This document shows, one piece after another, positions 8,129-17,071 of a DNA stretch of 64,000 nt. Numbering within the stretch: the first letter of the stretch is position 1; each line of letters begins with the position of its first letter. The notes under the pieces are model-generated. The model worked only from the letters and a program-made list of their open reading frames with translations, made no database searches and was not told the origin of the DNA. This DNA is from an uncultured Dehalococcoidia bacterium (GTDB lineage: Bacteria > Chloroflexota > Dehalococcoidia > Lucifugimonadales > Australimonadaceae). The DNA is taken from positions 1,915,931 to 1,979,930 of the forward strand of contig OY282355.1 in assembly GCA_958295525.1 (NCBI GenBank), given 5' to 3'. The translations under genes and the position numbers were made by a program.

Positions 8129-9097
8129 TTACGGGGTCAGCAGCAGTTTGCCCGTCGTTTCGCGCCCTTCGAGGCGGCGGTGGGCTTCGGCGGCTTCGGC
8201 GAGAGGGAAGGTTCCGCCGATATGCACGTTGAGCGAGCCGTCGGCGACCCAGCCGAAGATTTCGCCCGCGCGCCACTCCAGTTCCTCTCGCGTGAGGGCG
8301 TAACTGCCGAGCGTGGGGCGCGTGAGGAAGAGCGAGCCTTTGGCGTTGAGCGTTTGCGGGTCGACGGGCGGAACGCGCCCGCTGGACTGGCCGTAGAGCA
8401 CGAGATAGCCGCGCGGCGCGAGGCAGTCGAGGCTCCGCTCGAACGTGTCTTTGCCGACGGAGTCGTAGACGACCTGCAGACCCTCGCCGCGCGTGTGGCG
8501 CATAACCTCGGCGGCGAAGTCTTGCTCGCGGTAGAGGATGACCGCGTCGGCGCCGGCGCCGCGGGCGAGTTGGGCTTTCGCCTCCGTTCCGGCGGTTCCG
8601 ATGACACGGGCGCCGCGCCTCTTGGCGATCTGCGTGAGGAGGAGGCCGACTCCGCCCGCCGCCGCGTGCACGAGGCAGGTATGCCCTTCCTGCAAGGGGA
8701 AGGTGGAGACGGCGAGGTAGTGGGCGGTCATCCCTTGCAGAATGACGGCGGCGGCGGTCGCGTCGTCCACCCCTTCGGGCAGGCGCACGGCGCGGGCCGC
8801 CGGGACGGCGACGCATTCGGCGTAGGACTCGCCGACGCCCGTGTAGGCGACGCGGTCGCCGACGGCGACGTTCTCGACGCCCTCGCCGAGCGCGACGACC
8901 TCGCCCGCGCCTTCCTGTCCCGCGACGTGGGGGAGCGGAACGTTGTAGGCGCCGGAGCGCTGGTAGGTGTCTATGAAGTTGACGCCGCACGCGGCGAGGC
9001 GGACGAGGATTTCGCCCTGCCCCGGAACGGGCTCGGGAACGTCCTCGAACCGCAGCGTCTCAGGCCCGCCGAACTCGTGAAACCGAACTGCCTTCAC
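8129..9097 (-). CDS. qor: NADPH:quinone oxidoreductase (MDR/zeta-crystallin family)
   Basis: VKAVRFHEFGGPETLRFEDVPEP...GVNFIDTYQRSG...AAGGVG. GTG at 9097 has GGGAGG upstream. The Arg-rich 5' extension of the track ORF is rejected. Confidence 0.9.
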   Translation of the reverse strand: MKAVRFHEFGGPETLRFEDVPEPVPGQGEILVRLAACGVNFIDTYQRSGAYNVPLPHVAGQEGAGEVVALGEGVENVAVGDRVAYTGVGESYAECVAVPAARAVRLPEGVDDATAAAVILQGMTAHYLAVSTFPLQEGHTCLVHAAAGGVGLLLTQIAKRRGARVIGTAGTEAKAQLARGAGADAVILYREQDFAAEVMRHTRGEGLQVVYDSVGKDTFERSLDCLAPRGYLVLYGQSSGRVPPVDPQTLNAKGSLFLTRPTLGSYALTREELEWRAGEIFGWVADGSLNVHIGGTFPLAEAAEAHRRLEGRETTGKLLLTP

Positions 9098-9216
9098 CTG
9101 CGCGCCTCCCGATCGAGCATTATCGGCGCGTAGTATAGCGGGGCGGCGCGGAGGATATTGCGCGTCGCCGCGCAAGCGGGAGCCCGCCGGGCGCCGAAGG
9201 TTGCGCGAGGGGCTCC

Positions 9217-10038
9217 CTAGCGGGCGCCGGGGCCGCCGTGCCGCTGCTGGCCAAGACGGTTGTAGGTCACAGGCGTCGTCGTCAGAAGACCGGCGTCGAC
9301 CGGCAGCACGACGCCGGTCACCCAGCGCGCTTCGTCGCTGGCGAGGTAGACCGCCGCCCATGCGACGTCCCACGCCGTGCCCTCCGTGCCGAGCGGAGCG
9401 GCTTGCCGCCGGATGCGGCGGAGGTCGTCGTCCATTCGAGGCGCGACCATCGGCGTATAGACGAGGCCGGGGGCGATGCAGTTCACGCGAATGCCGTCGC
9501 GCCCGTGATCGCCCGCCATTGACTTAGTGAGGCCGATGACCGCCGCTTTGGAGGCCGTGTAGGGAGCGCTGCTGTTGGCGCGCAGGCCGGCGATGGAGGA
9601 GACGGTGATGATCGCGCCGCCCCCGTTCCTCTTCATTTCAGGGACGGCGTGCTTGGAGGCGAGAACGATGCTCTTGACGTTGACGGCCATCACGTGGTCC
9701 CACTGCTCTTCCGTGACTTCGGTGACGTCGGCGCGGGTGGAGACGCCGACGTTGTTGTGGAGGACGTCGAGCCGTCCGTAGCGCTCGACCGCCGCGCGAA
9801 CCATCGCCGCGCAGTCGTCGGCGTTCGTGACGTCGGCGGCGATAGCGAAGGCGTCGCCGCCCTCGGCCTCGATCAGGGCGAGCGTCTCTTCGGCGCGCTC
9901 GAGTTCGCGGTCGGCGAGGACGACGCTCGCGCCCTCGCGGGCGAAGAGGATGGCGGCGGCTTTGCCGTTGCCCACGCCCTCGCCGCTGGATCCCGCGCCA
10001 GTCACGATGGCCGTTTTGCCCGCGAGCCTGTCGGTCAC
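9217..10038 (-). CDS. SDR-family oxidoreductase
   Basis: TGAGSSGEGVGNG Rossmann motif, NNVG, and the YTASKAA catalytic motif. GTG start with GAGGAGG upstream. Confidence 0.9.
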   Translation of the reverse strand: MTDRLAGKTAIVTGAGSSGEGVGNGKAAAILFAREGASVVLADRELERAEETLALIEAEGGDAFAIAADVTNADDCAAMVRAAVERYGRLDVLHNNVGVSTRADVTEVTEEQWDHVMAVNVKSIVLASKHAVPEMKRNGGGAIITVSSIAGLRANSSAPYTASKAAVIGLTKSMAGDHGRDGIRVNCIAPGLVYTPMVAPRMDDDLRRIRRQAAPLGTEGTAWDVAWAAVYLASDEARWVTGVVLPVDAGLLTTTPVTYNRLGQQRHGGPGAR

Positions 10039-10256
10039 GACGTTTCCTCCTCAGCCGCTTCGCCGTCTCCGGCGGCCGCGCTCACGGCGGGATGGCCCGC
10101 CAGCAGGCCGGACATTTCGGTTACGCGGCCTTCGAACACGCGGCCCTCGTAGGCCGACTCGATCAGGGCGTACCAGCCGTCGCTCAGTTTGTAGAGGTTG
10201 ATGGTGAGATGGCCGTCCCGAACGACGATCTCGTCCGCCGCTTCCGGCCATCGCAT
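10035..10256 (-). CDS. small hypothetical protein, translationally coupled to the SDR gene
   Basis: ATG at 10256 with GGAGG 8 nt upstream. Its stop overlaps the SDR GTG start (GTGA). No family recognised. Confidence 0.45.
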   Translation of the reverse strand: MRWPEAADEIVVRDGHLTINLYKLSDGWYALIESAYEGRVFEGRVTEMSGLLAGHPAVSAAAGDGEAAEEETS

Positions 10257-10415
10257 AATCGCGCCTCCGTTCGCAGGCAATCTTGCCCTATCGGAAGGCG
10301 GAGCGCAAGGGCGCGCACTCGTTCAACACAGATGGACTATCTGCGAGGAACTTGGAGGACTGCGGCCTTATGCGGGCGGCGGGTAGCCGGAACGCTATGC
10401 GCCTTGCGCGTTCGG

Positions 10416-10811
10416 CTACCCGCCGCCCGCGTCCAATTGCCTGACGAGCGCTTTCGGAGCGACGGCGCGGTAACTTTCCTCGACGCACTCCAAAAGCAGG
10501 TCGAGCGGAGGCGCCTCGCCGCCGCTTTCTCCGAACGCCACCTCCACCCAGCCGCTTTTGCCCAGCCCGTACCCCATCGGGCGCGCGAACGGCGTCGAGA
10601 GGAGCGCTCCGCCGGATTCGGGCAGTTTCACGCCCATCCTTCCGAAGCCGGGGCCGGGCGCTCCGAGAAACGCGAACACCTTGCCGCCGGCTTTGATCGC
10701 GCTCTCGCCCCACGGGTGGTCCTCCCAGGCGCCGGGCAGACCCAGCGCGAACGCGCGGACGGCCTCTTTCGCCGAATCAGACGCCGCCCCTCCTTTCGCC
10801 TCGCCGCCCAT
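10416..10811 (-). CDS. MmcQ/YjbR-family protein
   Basis: 131 aa. HPWGESAIKAGGKVFAFL and later GWVEV blocks are typical of YjbR-like proteins. Confidence 0.75.
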   Translation of the reverse strand: MGGEAKGGAASDSAKEAVRAFALGLPGAWEDHPWGESAIKAGGKVFAFLGAPGPGFGRMGVKLPESGGALLSTPFARPMGYGLGKSGWVEVAFGESGGEAPPLDLLLECVEESYRAVAPKALVRQLDAGGG

Positions 10812-10814
10812 TCG

Positions 10815-11945
10815 CTACCCGGACCACTTCCGCATAATCCACTCGAGCGGGCCCCGGTCGAATCGCTTGCGCCACAGAACGGCGAACGCGACGGCGAGAG
10901 CGTAGAACGCTGCGGACGCCGCCGCCGCGAACGGAAGCGATTGATTCTCCAGCCGCCCGACGGCGGACAGCCCGCCCATTCCAATCAGCACGTGGGCGAC
11001 GTAGATGGTCAGCGCGAGTTGCCCCGCGGCGACGAGCGCGCGAGTCCACAGCGCGCCGGGGAACCGCTGCGCGAAAGCGACGGCGAGCATAATGACCGCC
11101 ACGGCCGTGCCTCCGCCCGCGAGCATATAGAAGGGCATCGGCGGCAGAGCCTCGGAGCCGAGCAGCGCGGTTATCACTTCGGCGTCTTCCGGGGACGCTC
11201 CCCGCGTCAACAGCGCGACCAGCGCGGCGGAGACAATCTCCGCCGTCAGCGCGACGGCGGCCCCGCCGATGAACAGCCGCCTCCTCACGGCGGAGTCGAG
11301 GACGTTTTGCCTCCCAAGCCAGATTCCGAGCAGCAGGAAAGCGAGCCACGGCACGACGGGATGGAATCCGTTGAAGAACAGATGCCGCGCCTGTCCCGCC
11401 GGGGTCCAGAATCCTTCGTAGGCGAGCGTGTCCGGATTCCATTCCGCATCGTAGGCGAACGTCATCAGCAGTATCGGAAACGCGAGCAATAAGAGCGCCG
11501 CCGCGCCAAGCAGCGCTCTGTTTGGGAAGGCGATCAGCAGCGCGCCGATGCCAATGTACCAGCCGTAGAAGTGCAGAATGTCGGCCTCCCAGACCGTTGC
11601 GAAGAGAAGCCCGCCGAGAAAGAGGAAAGCGGCGCGTTTCCAGAGCGTCTTGCGCGCGGCGGAGAGCGCGCTCCGGTCGCCCGACGCGACTGCACGGCGC
11701 GCCCCCAGCGCGACGCCCGCGCCCGCCAGAACGACGAACGTCGCCGCGGCGCGCCCGTCGAGCAGCCCCGTCAGGAATTGCAGCCAGCCGGGGCCCGACT
11801 GGGTTTCCAGCGGCCAGCCTCCGGCTCCCATCACGATCCTGAAGTTGACCACCACCATTCCGAAGATAGCGAGCGCGCGGGCGAGGTCGTACCCTTCGAT
11901 GCGGCCCGTTCCGCTCGCTCGCGCGGCGTCTCCCAAGCCGGACAT
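10815..11945 (-). CDS. DUF418/YeiB-like integral membrane protein
   Basis: Multi-pass hydrophobic protein with GYDLARALAIFGMVVVNF near the N-terminus and a C-terminal RFDRGPLEWIMRKW. ATG at 11945 has GGAGG upstream. Confidence 0.8.
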   Translation of the reverse strand: MSGLGDAARASGTGRIEGYDLARALAIFGMVVVNFRIVMGAGGWPLETQSGPGWLQFLTGLLDGRAAATFVVLAGAGVALGARRAVASGDRSALSAARKTLWKRAAFLFLGGLLFATVWEADILHFYGWYIGIGALLIAFPNRALLGAAALLLLAFPILLMTFAYDAEWNPDTLAYEGFWTPAGQARHLFFNGFHPVVPWLAFLLLGIWLGRQNVLDSAVRRRLFIGGAAVALTAEIVSAALVALLTRGASPEDAEVITALLGSEALPPMPFYMLAGGGTAVAVIMLAVAFAQRFPGALWTRALVAAGQLALTIYVAHVLIGMGGLSAVGRLENQSLPFAAAASAAFYALAVAFAVLWRKRFDRGPLEWIMRKWSG

Positions 11946-12035
11946 TGCGCCTCCTCTCCGGCGCCCGCCGTCCGCTGGGCGCGGCGCGTTGCTATCATAC
12001 CCCCGCCCCAACTCCCATCAGTGAAGGAGCATCCT

Positions 12036-12674
12036 ATGGCCCTCGTCTACGACGGCGCGCATCTCGTCTTCAAGGTGGCGGGAATGGGCCCCTACGACAA
12101 CAATGGCTACGTCATCGCCGACCCCGCCACAAGGGAGGCGTATCTCGTGGACGCGCCCGCCGAAGTCGAGCGGCTCATCGCCGAGGCGGACGGCTTCGAC
12201 GTGAAGGGCGTCGTCGTAACGCACACGCACCCCGACCACGTCGCGGGCTACGCCGACCTCAAGCGGCTGACCGGCCTCCCCGTCGCCGTTCACGAGAGCG
12301 ACGCGGGCAGGCTGCCCGGCGAGCCCGATTCGCTGCTCGCCCACAACGACGAACTCCGGGTGGGGGCTGCGCGCGTCCGCGTTCTTCATACCCCCGGGCA
12401 CACGCCGGGCGCGCTCTGCCTCTACGCCGACGGCTCGCTCGTCTCCGGCGACACGCTCTTCCCCGGCGGCCCCGGCCGCACCAACACGCCGGACGACCTG
12501 CGTCAAATCGTCGGCAGCATCGAGGAGCGCCTGCTGACGCTGCCGGACGGCTCGCTCGTGCTCCCCGGGCACGGCGCCGACACGACCATCGCCGCATCGA
12601 GGGAAGAGTACGCGGTGTTCAAGAGCAAGCCGCGCCCAGGTGGTCTGCACGGCCACGTCTCTTGGCTCGGCTAG
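12036..12674 (+). CDS. MBL-fold metallo-hydrolase (glyoxalase II-like)
   Basis: THTHPDH motif, HTPGHTPG, and GDTLF..G.GR. ATG at 12036 preceded by GAAGGAG. The upstream part of track ORF 11571..12674 is rejected. Confidence 0.9.
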   Translation: MALVYDGAHLVFKVAGMGPYDNNGYVIADPATREAYLVDAPAEVERLIAEADGFDVKGVVVTHTHPDHVAGYADLKRLTGLPVAVHESDAGRLPGEPDSLLAHNDELRVGAARVRVLHTPGHTPGALCLYADGSLVSGDTLFPGGPGRTNTPDDLRQIVGSIEERLLTLPDGSLVLPGHGADTTIAASREEYAVFKSKPRPGGLHGHVSWLG

Positions 12675-12688
12675 GAGCGCCGCTCCGC

Positions 12689-15616
12689 CTAGCGCAGGGC
12701 TTCGGCGAGGCGCTCCGCCCAGTGGCTCGGGGTCTTGCTCGTGAAGTGGCCGATCTGCTGCCGACAGGAGACGCCGGAGACGACGACCGGCCAGCCGCGC
12801 TTCTCCGGATCCTCCACGGCGGGGAAGAGTTTGAGCGAGCCCATCGCCTTTGACGTTTCGTAGTGCTCTTTCTCGAACCCGAACGTTCCGGCCATCCCGC
12901 AGCAGGCCGAGTCTATGAGTTCCGGCTCGTAGCCCGCGGCGCGGAGCGCCTCCAGCGTCGGCCCCGCGCCGACGATCGCTTTCTGGTGGCAGTGGCCGTG
13001 CACCTGCACGTTCGCCTGCCCCCGGAGCGCGAACGCGGCGCGGATTTCCTCCGGCTCCTGCGCCGCGAGTTGGGCGACGAGTTCGTCAAGCATCAGCGCT
13101 TTGCCCGCCACGACCCGCGACGCATCGTCGCGCAGCAGTTCCGGGTATTCGTCGCGGAGCGTGAGTAGGCAGGACGGCTCCGTGCCGACGATGAGCGCGC
13201 CGCGGCGGGCGTGAGGCGCGAGAACGTCCACGTTGGCGCGCGCCCAGCGCTTCGCCTTCCCCAGTTGCCCCTTCGAGATAAGCGGCCTGCCGCAGCAGCC
13301 GCGCCGCGTCTCGATCCGAACGGCGTAGCCCAGCGCCTCCAGCACGCGCACGGCGGCCCGGCCGACCTCAGGATGCATATATTCGGTGAACGTGTCGTGG
13401 AAGTAGACAGCCTCCCCGCGCGTTCCGGTTTGCGAGCGCGGGCGGCGGGCGAACCACGACGAGAAGCGGCGGCGGGCGAACTTGGGCAGCGGGCGCCGGC
13501 GCGAGACGCCCAGCAGCCGCTCCGCGGCGGCCCTGGCCGGAGGGAGGCTGCTGAGCAAGTTCGTGAGCGGCGCCGCGGCCTGCCCGATCCTGCTCAGCCG
13601 GGCGACCTCGCCGAACACCCGGGCGCGGAGCGGAACGCCGTGCTTCTCGTAGTATTTGCTCAGCGTTTCGGACTTGAGTTTGGCCATATCCACGTTGGAC
13701 GGGCACTCCGCCTTGCACGCCTTGCACTCGACGCAGAGGTCCATCGTGTCGTAGAGGCGCTTGCCCGTCAGTTCGTCGGCGGGCAGTTTGCCGCTGATGA
13801 TCATCCGCAGCATCGTGGCGCGCGCGCGCGTCGAGTGCTCCTCCTCCCGCGTGGCCATAAACGACGGGCACATGCCGCCGTCCAACTTGCGGCAGGCGCC
13901 CTGGCTGTTGCACATCTCCACGTGCCCCGCGAACCCGCCGTCCGCGCTGAAGTCCAAGTATGTGGGAACGTCGACCGCCCGGTACGCAGGGCCGATGCGG
14001 AGATTCTCCCGAATGCCGGGCGTCTCGATGATCTTCCCCGGGTTCATCACGGAGTCCGGGTCGAACGCCTGCTTGAGTTCCTTGAACGCCTGATATAACT
14101 CGGAGCCGAACATCTTCTCGGTGAAGACGCCCCGCACGATGCCGTCGCCGTGCTCGCCCGTGAGGCTGCCGCCGAACTCCAGCACCAGATCGGCGATATC
14201 CTCCGCGATGGAGGCCATCGTCTCGACGCCTTCCTCTTGCTTGACGTTGACGACGGGGCGAATGTGGAGGCAGCCGGTGGAGGCGTGCCCGTAGTAGGCG
14301 GCCTCCGTGCCGTGCCGCGCGACGATCTCCTCGAACCGCCGAACGTACTCCGGCAATTGCTCCGGCGAGACGGCGGTGTCCTCGACGTAGGGCAGCGGCT
14401 TCGCGTCGCCCTTGAGCGCCATCGCAAGGCCGAGCCCCGCCTCGCGCAGGGCGTACCAGCGCTGCTGCTCCCCGGGGTCGTTCGTGATCATCGTCGCGTA
14501 GCCGTGCCTGCGGCGCTCCATATCCGCCTTCAGCGCATCGAGTTTCCCCTGCACTTCCCGGGGGGAGTCGCCGTAGAACTCGACGAACAGCAACTCGCGC
14601 GGCTCGCCGATGAAATAGTCGAGCAGCCGCCGGTAGCCGGGGTTCACCTTGCAGTTGTCAATGATCATGTGCCCGACCAGTTCCACCGCCGACGGGCTGT
14701 GCTCCAGAATCGGAACCGACGCCTCCATGCAGGCGATCAGGTCGGTGAAGTGGACGACGCCGAGCCCCTTATGCTTAGGCAGCGGCACGAGGTTCACCCG
14801 CGCCTCCGTGACCGCCGCGAGCGTTCCTTCCGACCCCACCACCGCCCGCGTGAGGTTCATCGGGCCGTCGCCGGTGAAATCGTCGAGGTTGTAGCCCATC
14901 ACGCGGCGCAGAATGCGCGGGAAGCGTGCGGCGATCTCGCCGGCGTTCTCCCAGGCGAGGCGGCGCGTCTCGCGGTAGATCGCGCCCTCCAGGTCGTTGC
15001 GGGCGAACTTGTCCTCCAGCGCCTCGCCGTTCACGGGGGCGAAACGCGCGCGGCTGCCGTCGGACAGCACGGCGTCCACCTCCAGAATGTGGTCGAGCGT
15101 CTTGCCGTAGATGACGGAATGCGGCCCGCAGGAGTTGTTGCCGATGCCTCCGCCGACCGTCGCGCGCGCGCTCGTCACCGGGTCGGGCCCGTACATCAGC
15201 CCGTATTGGCGCGCCGCCGCCGAAAGGTGGTTGTTGACGATGCCGGGCTGCACGCGCGCCCACCGCTCCTCCGGCGCGATCTCCAGCACGCTCCGCATAT
15301 GCTTGGAGAAGTCCATCACGACGGCGTGGTTGGTCGTCTGTCCGGCGAGGGCGGTGCCCCCGCCCCGCGGCATCACCGGCACGCCGTGCTCCCGCGCCGT
15401 TCGGATGGTCGCCTCAACGTCGTCCGCGCTCCGGGGCAGCACGACGCCGACGGGCGTCATCTGATAGATCGAGGCGTCGGTGGAGTACATCAGGCGGTCG
15501 TAGGAGTCCATTCGGACTTCGCCCGCGATGCGGCCCCGCAACTTCTCGGCGATGGCACGGACTTCGGAGTCGGCGATGGTCGCGCCTTTGCGCGTCGTTT
15601 CGTGGAGCAGCGGCAT
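12689..15616 (-). CDS. FAD-binding oxidase fused to a (Fe-S)-binding/GlcF-like domain
   Basis: 975 aa. N-terminal FAD-linked oxidase (PRGGGTALAGQ), central CxxCxxCxxxCP ferredoxin-like motifs, and C-terminal Cys-rich CCG-type domains. Confidence 0.9.
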   Translation of the reverse strand: MPLLHETTRKGATIADSEVRAIAEKLRGRIAGEVRMDSYDRLMYSTDASIYQMTPVGVVLPRSADDVEATIRTAREHGVPVMPRGGGTALAGQTTNHAVVMDFSKHMRSVLEIAPEERWARVQPGIVNNHLSAAARQYGLMYGPDPVTSARATVGGGIGNNSCGPHSVIYGKTLDHILEVDAVLSDGSRARFAPVNGEALEDKFARNDLEGAIYRETRRLAWENAGEIAARFPRILRRVMGYNLDDFTGDGPMNLTRAVVGSEGTLAAVTEARVNLVPLPKHKGLGVVHFTDLIACMEASVPILEHSPSAVELVGHMIIDNCKVNPGYRRLLDYFIGEPRELLFVEFYGDSPREVQGKLDALKADMERRRHGYATMITNDPGEQQRWYALREAGLGLAMALKGDAKPLPYVEDTAVSPEQLPEYVRRFEEIVARHGTEAAYYGHASTGCLHIRPVVNVKQEEGVETMASIAEDIADLVLEFGGSLTGEHGDGIVRGVFTEKMFGSELYQAFKELKQAFDPDSVMNPGKIIETPGIRENLRIGPAYRAVDVPTYLDFSADGGFAGHVEMCNSQGACRKLDGGMCPSFMATREEEHSTRARATMLRMIISGKLPADELTGKRLYDTMDLCVECKACKAECPSNVDMAKLKSETLSKYYEKHGVPLRARVFGEVARLSRIGQAAAPLTNLLSSLPPARAAAERLLGVSRRRPLPKFARRRFSSWFARRPRSQTGTRGEAVYFHDTFTEYMHPEVGRAAVRVLEALGYAVRIETRRGCCGRPLISKGQLGKAKRWARANVDVLAPHARRGALIVGTEPSCLLTLRDEYPELLRDDASRVVAGKALMLDELVAQLAAQEPEEIRAAFALRGQANVQVHGHCHQKAIVGAGPTLEALRAAGYEPELIDSACCGMAGTFGFEKEHYETSKAMGSLKLFPAVEDPEKRGWPVVVSGVSCRQQIGHFTSKTPSHWAERLAEALR

Positions 15617-15802
15617 AAATGCGTTCCTCTTCCTCTTGCGCGCCCCTCTTGCCGGGGGACTTCCCTAATCTTACGGGATAGCGCGCAATCGGTCATTGGG
15701 AGGGACGCTCGTCCGCAGCGGAAGCGTAAGCGCAGCGCAATGGTCATCCGCAAATGCTTGACAGGCGCCGAGCGCGGCTCTTACCTTACATAAGCCCCGC
15801 GC

Positions 15803-16324
15803 TTGGCGCGGCGGCGGCGGAAACGGCGCAAATTGGCGACGGCGCGTAAGCATCTCCCCACCTCGTTGGGGCCACTGGAGGCCCGGCTGATGGACGCGGC
15901 CTGGGCCGCCAGCCGCCCGCTGTCGGTTCAGGAAACGGCGAACGCCATCGGCGGGGGCAACTATAAGACCGTGACGACGGTGCTCAACCGCCTCGTCGAG
16001 AAGGAACTTCTCGCCCGCGAATTGGACGGGCGCGCCTACCGCTATCGCCCGGCGATGGAGCGCGGGGCGTTTCTGCGCGCCGCAGCCGACGGCCTCGCGC
16101 GCGACTTCCTGGCCGCGTTCGGCGAGGACGCGGCGCGCCACCTCGCGGAGGCGGCGGGCGGGGCCGCGCCCCAGCCGCCCGCTCCTATCCCGCCTCCGCC
16201 GCCTCCGCCCATGTATCACATTTATCAGCCGCCCGCCCCCCGCCCGATTCCGCTGGCCGCCGCCGCGCTGGCCGCCGCAATCGCGGCGGGGGTCGTCGTT
16301 CTCGTCCGGCGGCGGGGCGGCTAG
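15803..16324 (+). CDS. BlaI/MecI/CopY-family winged-helix regulator with a C-terminal hydrophobic segment
   Basis: LGPLEARLMDAAWAASRPLSVQETANAI...KTVTTVLNRLVEKELLAR...YRYRP matches the penicillinase-repressor fold. It ends with a Pro-rich stretch and then PLAAAALAAAIAAGVVVLV. Confidence 0.7.
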   Translation: MARRRRKRRKLATARKHLPTSLGPLEARLMDAAWAASRPLSVQETANAIGGGNYKTVTTVLNRLVEKELLARELDGRAYRYRPAMERGAFLRAAADGLARDFLAAFGEDAARHLAEAAGGAAPQPPAPIPPPPPPPMYHIYQPPAPRPIPLAAAALAAAIAAGVVVLVRRRGG

Positions 16325-16407
16325 CGATCAGCGCGCCGATAGATTGGGACGAACTCCGCGAGGCCGCCGCGGCGGTCGGCGCGCCGCTCTCATCCGATCA
16401 GACCGCC

Positions 16408-17058
16408 TTGCTCGATCGGATGGCGGCGATGCTGCGCTCCGCCAACGCGAGGGCGTCGCTGATGTCGGAGGCCGGGCTGGCCGACTTGCTGCGCTTGCAT
16501 ATCTTCGACGCGCTCACGCTGGCGCCGCTCCTGCGGGAAGCGCATCTCGCGGAGGGGCGGCTTATGGACGTCGGGACGGGCGCGGGCTTCCCTGGCCTCG
16601 TTCTCAAGATCGCGGAGCCTGGCCTGCGGGTTACGCTGATGGACGCGACGCGCAAGAAGACCGCCTACCTGCAAGAGGCGTCGGCGGCGCTGGGGCTTGA
16701 CGCGGACGTAAGGAACGCGCGCGCCGAGGACGCCGCCCGCGACCCGTCGCTGCGCGATGCGTTCGACGCGGCGGTCTGCCGCGCGCTCGGCCCCTGGCCC
16801 GTCGCGCTGGAGTTGACGCTGCCCTTCTGCCGCGTCGGGGGGTTGCTCCTCGGCCAGCGCGGGGCGGACGCCCAGCGAGAGGCGGCGGCGCAGGAGGAGA
16901 CGGCGGCGCTGCTCGGGGGGCGCGTCTTGGGCGTGCGTCGCGTCGGAGCGGAGGGAGGGCTGGAGGCGCGGCACGTCGTGGTCGTCGAGAAAGCGTCGCC
17001 CACGCCCGCCGGTTATCCGCGCAAGACGGGGATACCCGCCAAGCGTCCGCTGGGGTAG
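16408..17058 (+). CDS. rsmG: 16S rRNA (guanine527-N7)-methyltransferase; true start probably upstream
   Basis: HIFDAL, DVGTGAGFPGL, and RA....L.E family blocks are present. The conserved N-terminal helix (WDELREAAAAVGAPLSSDQ) is encoded in frame upstream of the TTG at 16408 without any ATG/GTG/TTG. Confidence 0.85.
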   Translation: MLDRMAAMLRSANARASLMSEAGLADLLRLHIFDALTLAPLLREAHLAEGRLMDVGTGAGFPGLVLKIAEPGLRVTLMDATRKKTAYLQEASAALGLDADVRNARAEDAARDPSLRDAFDAAVCRALGPWPVALELTLPFCRVGGLLLGQRGADAQREAAAQEETAALLGGRVLGVRRVGAEGGLEARHVVVVEKASPTPAGYPRKTGIPAKRPLG

Positions 17059-17071
17059 GCTTTAACGCGCC

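Noticed and set aside
7140-8990. A 616-aa Arg-rich ORF on the minus strand. Similar very long ORFs are 5144..6724(-), 14150..15793(+), 22224..25529(+), 28232..30121(-), 38854..40956(+), 42766..44013(-), 48291..49574(-), 51482..52849(-), 54163..56367(+) and 60142..63576(+).
   Set aside because: They lie opposite or out of frame to genes with clear family motifs (hydrolase/qor, amidase, FAD oxidase, dnaE, helicase, LLM/glyA, recN, tatC, trmI, uvrB, surface protein). Their composition is Arg/Gly/Pro/Ala-dominated low complexity, as expected from stop-poor GC-rich DNA.
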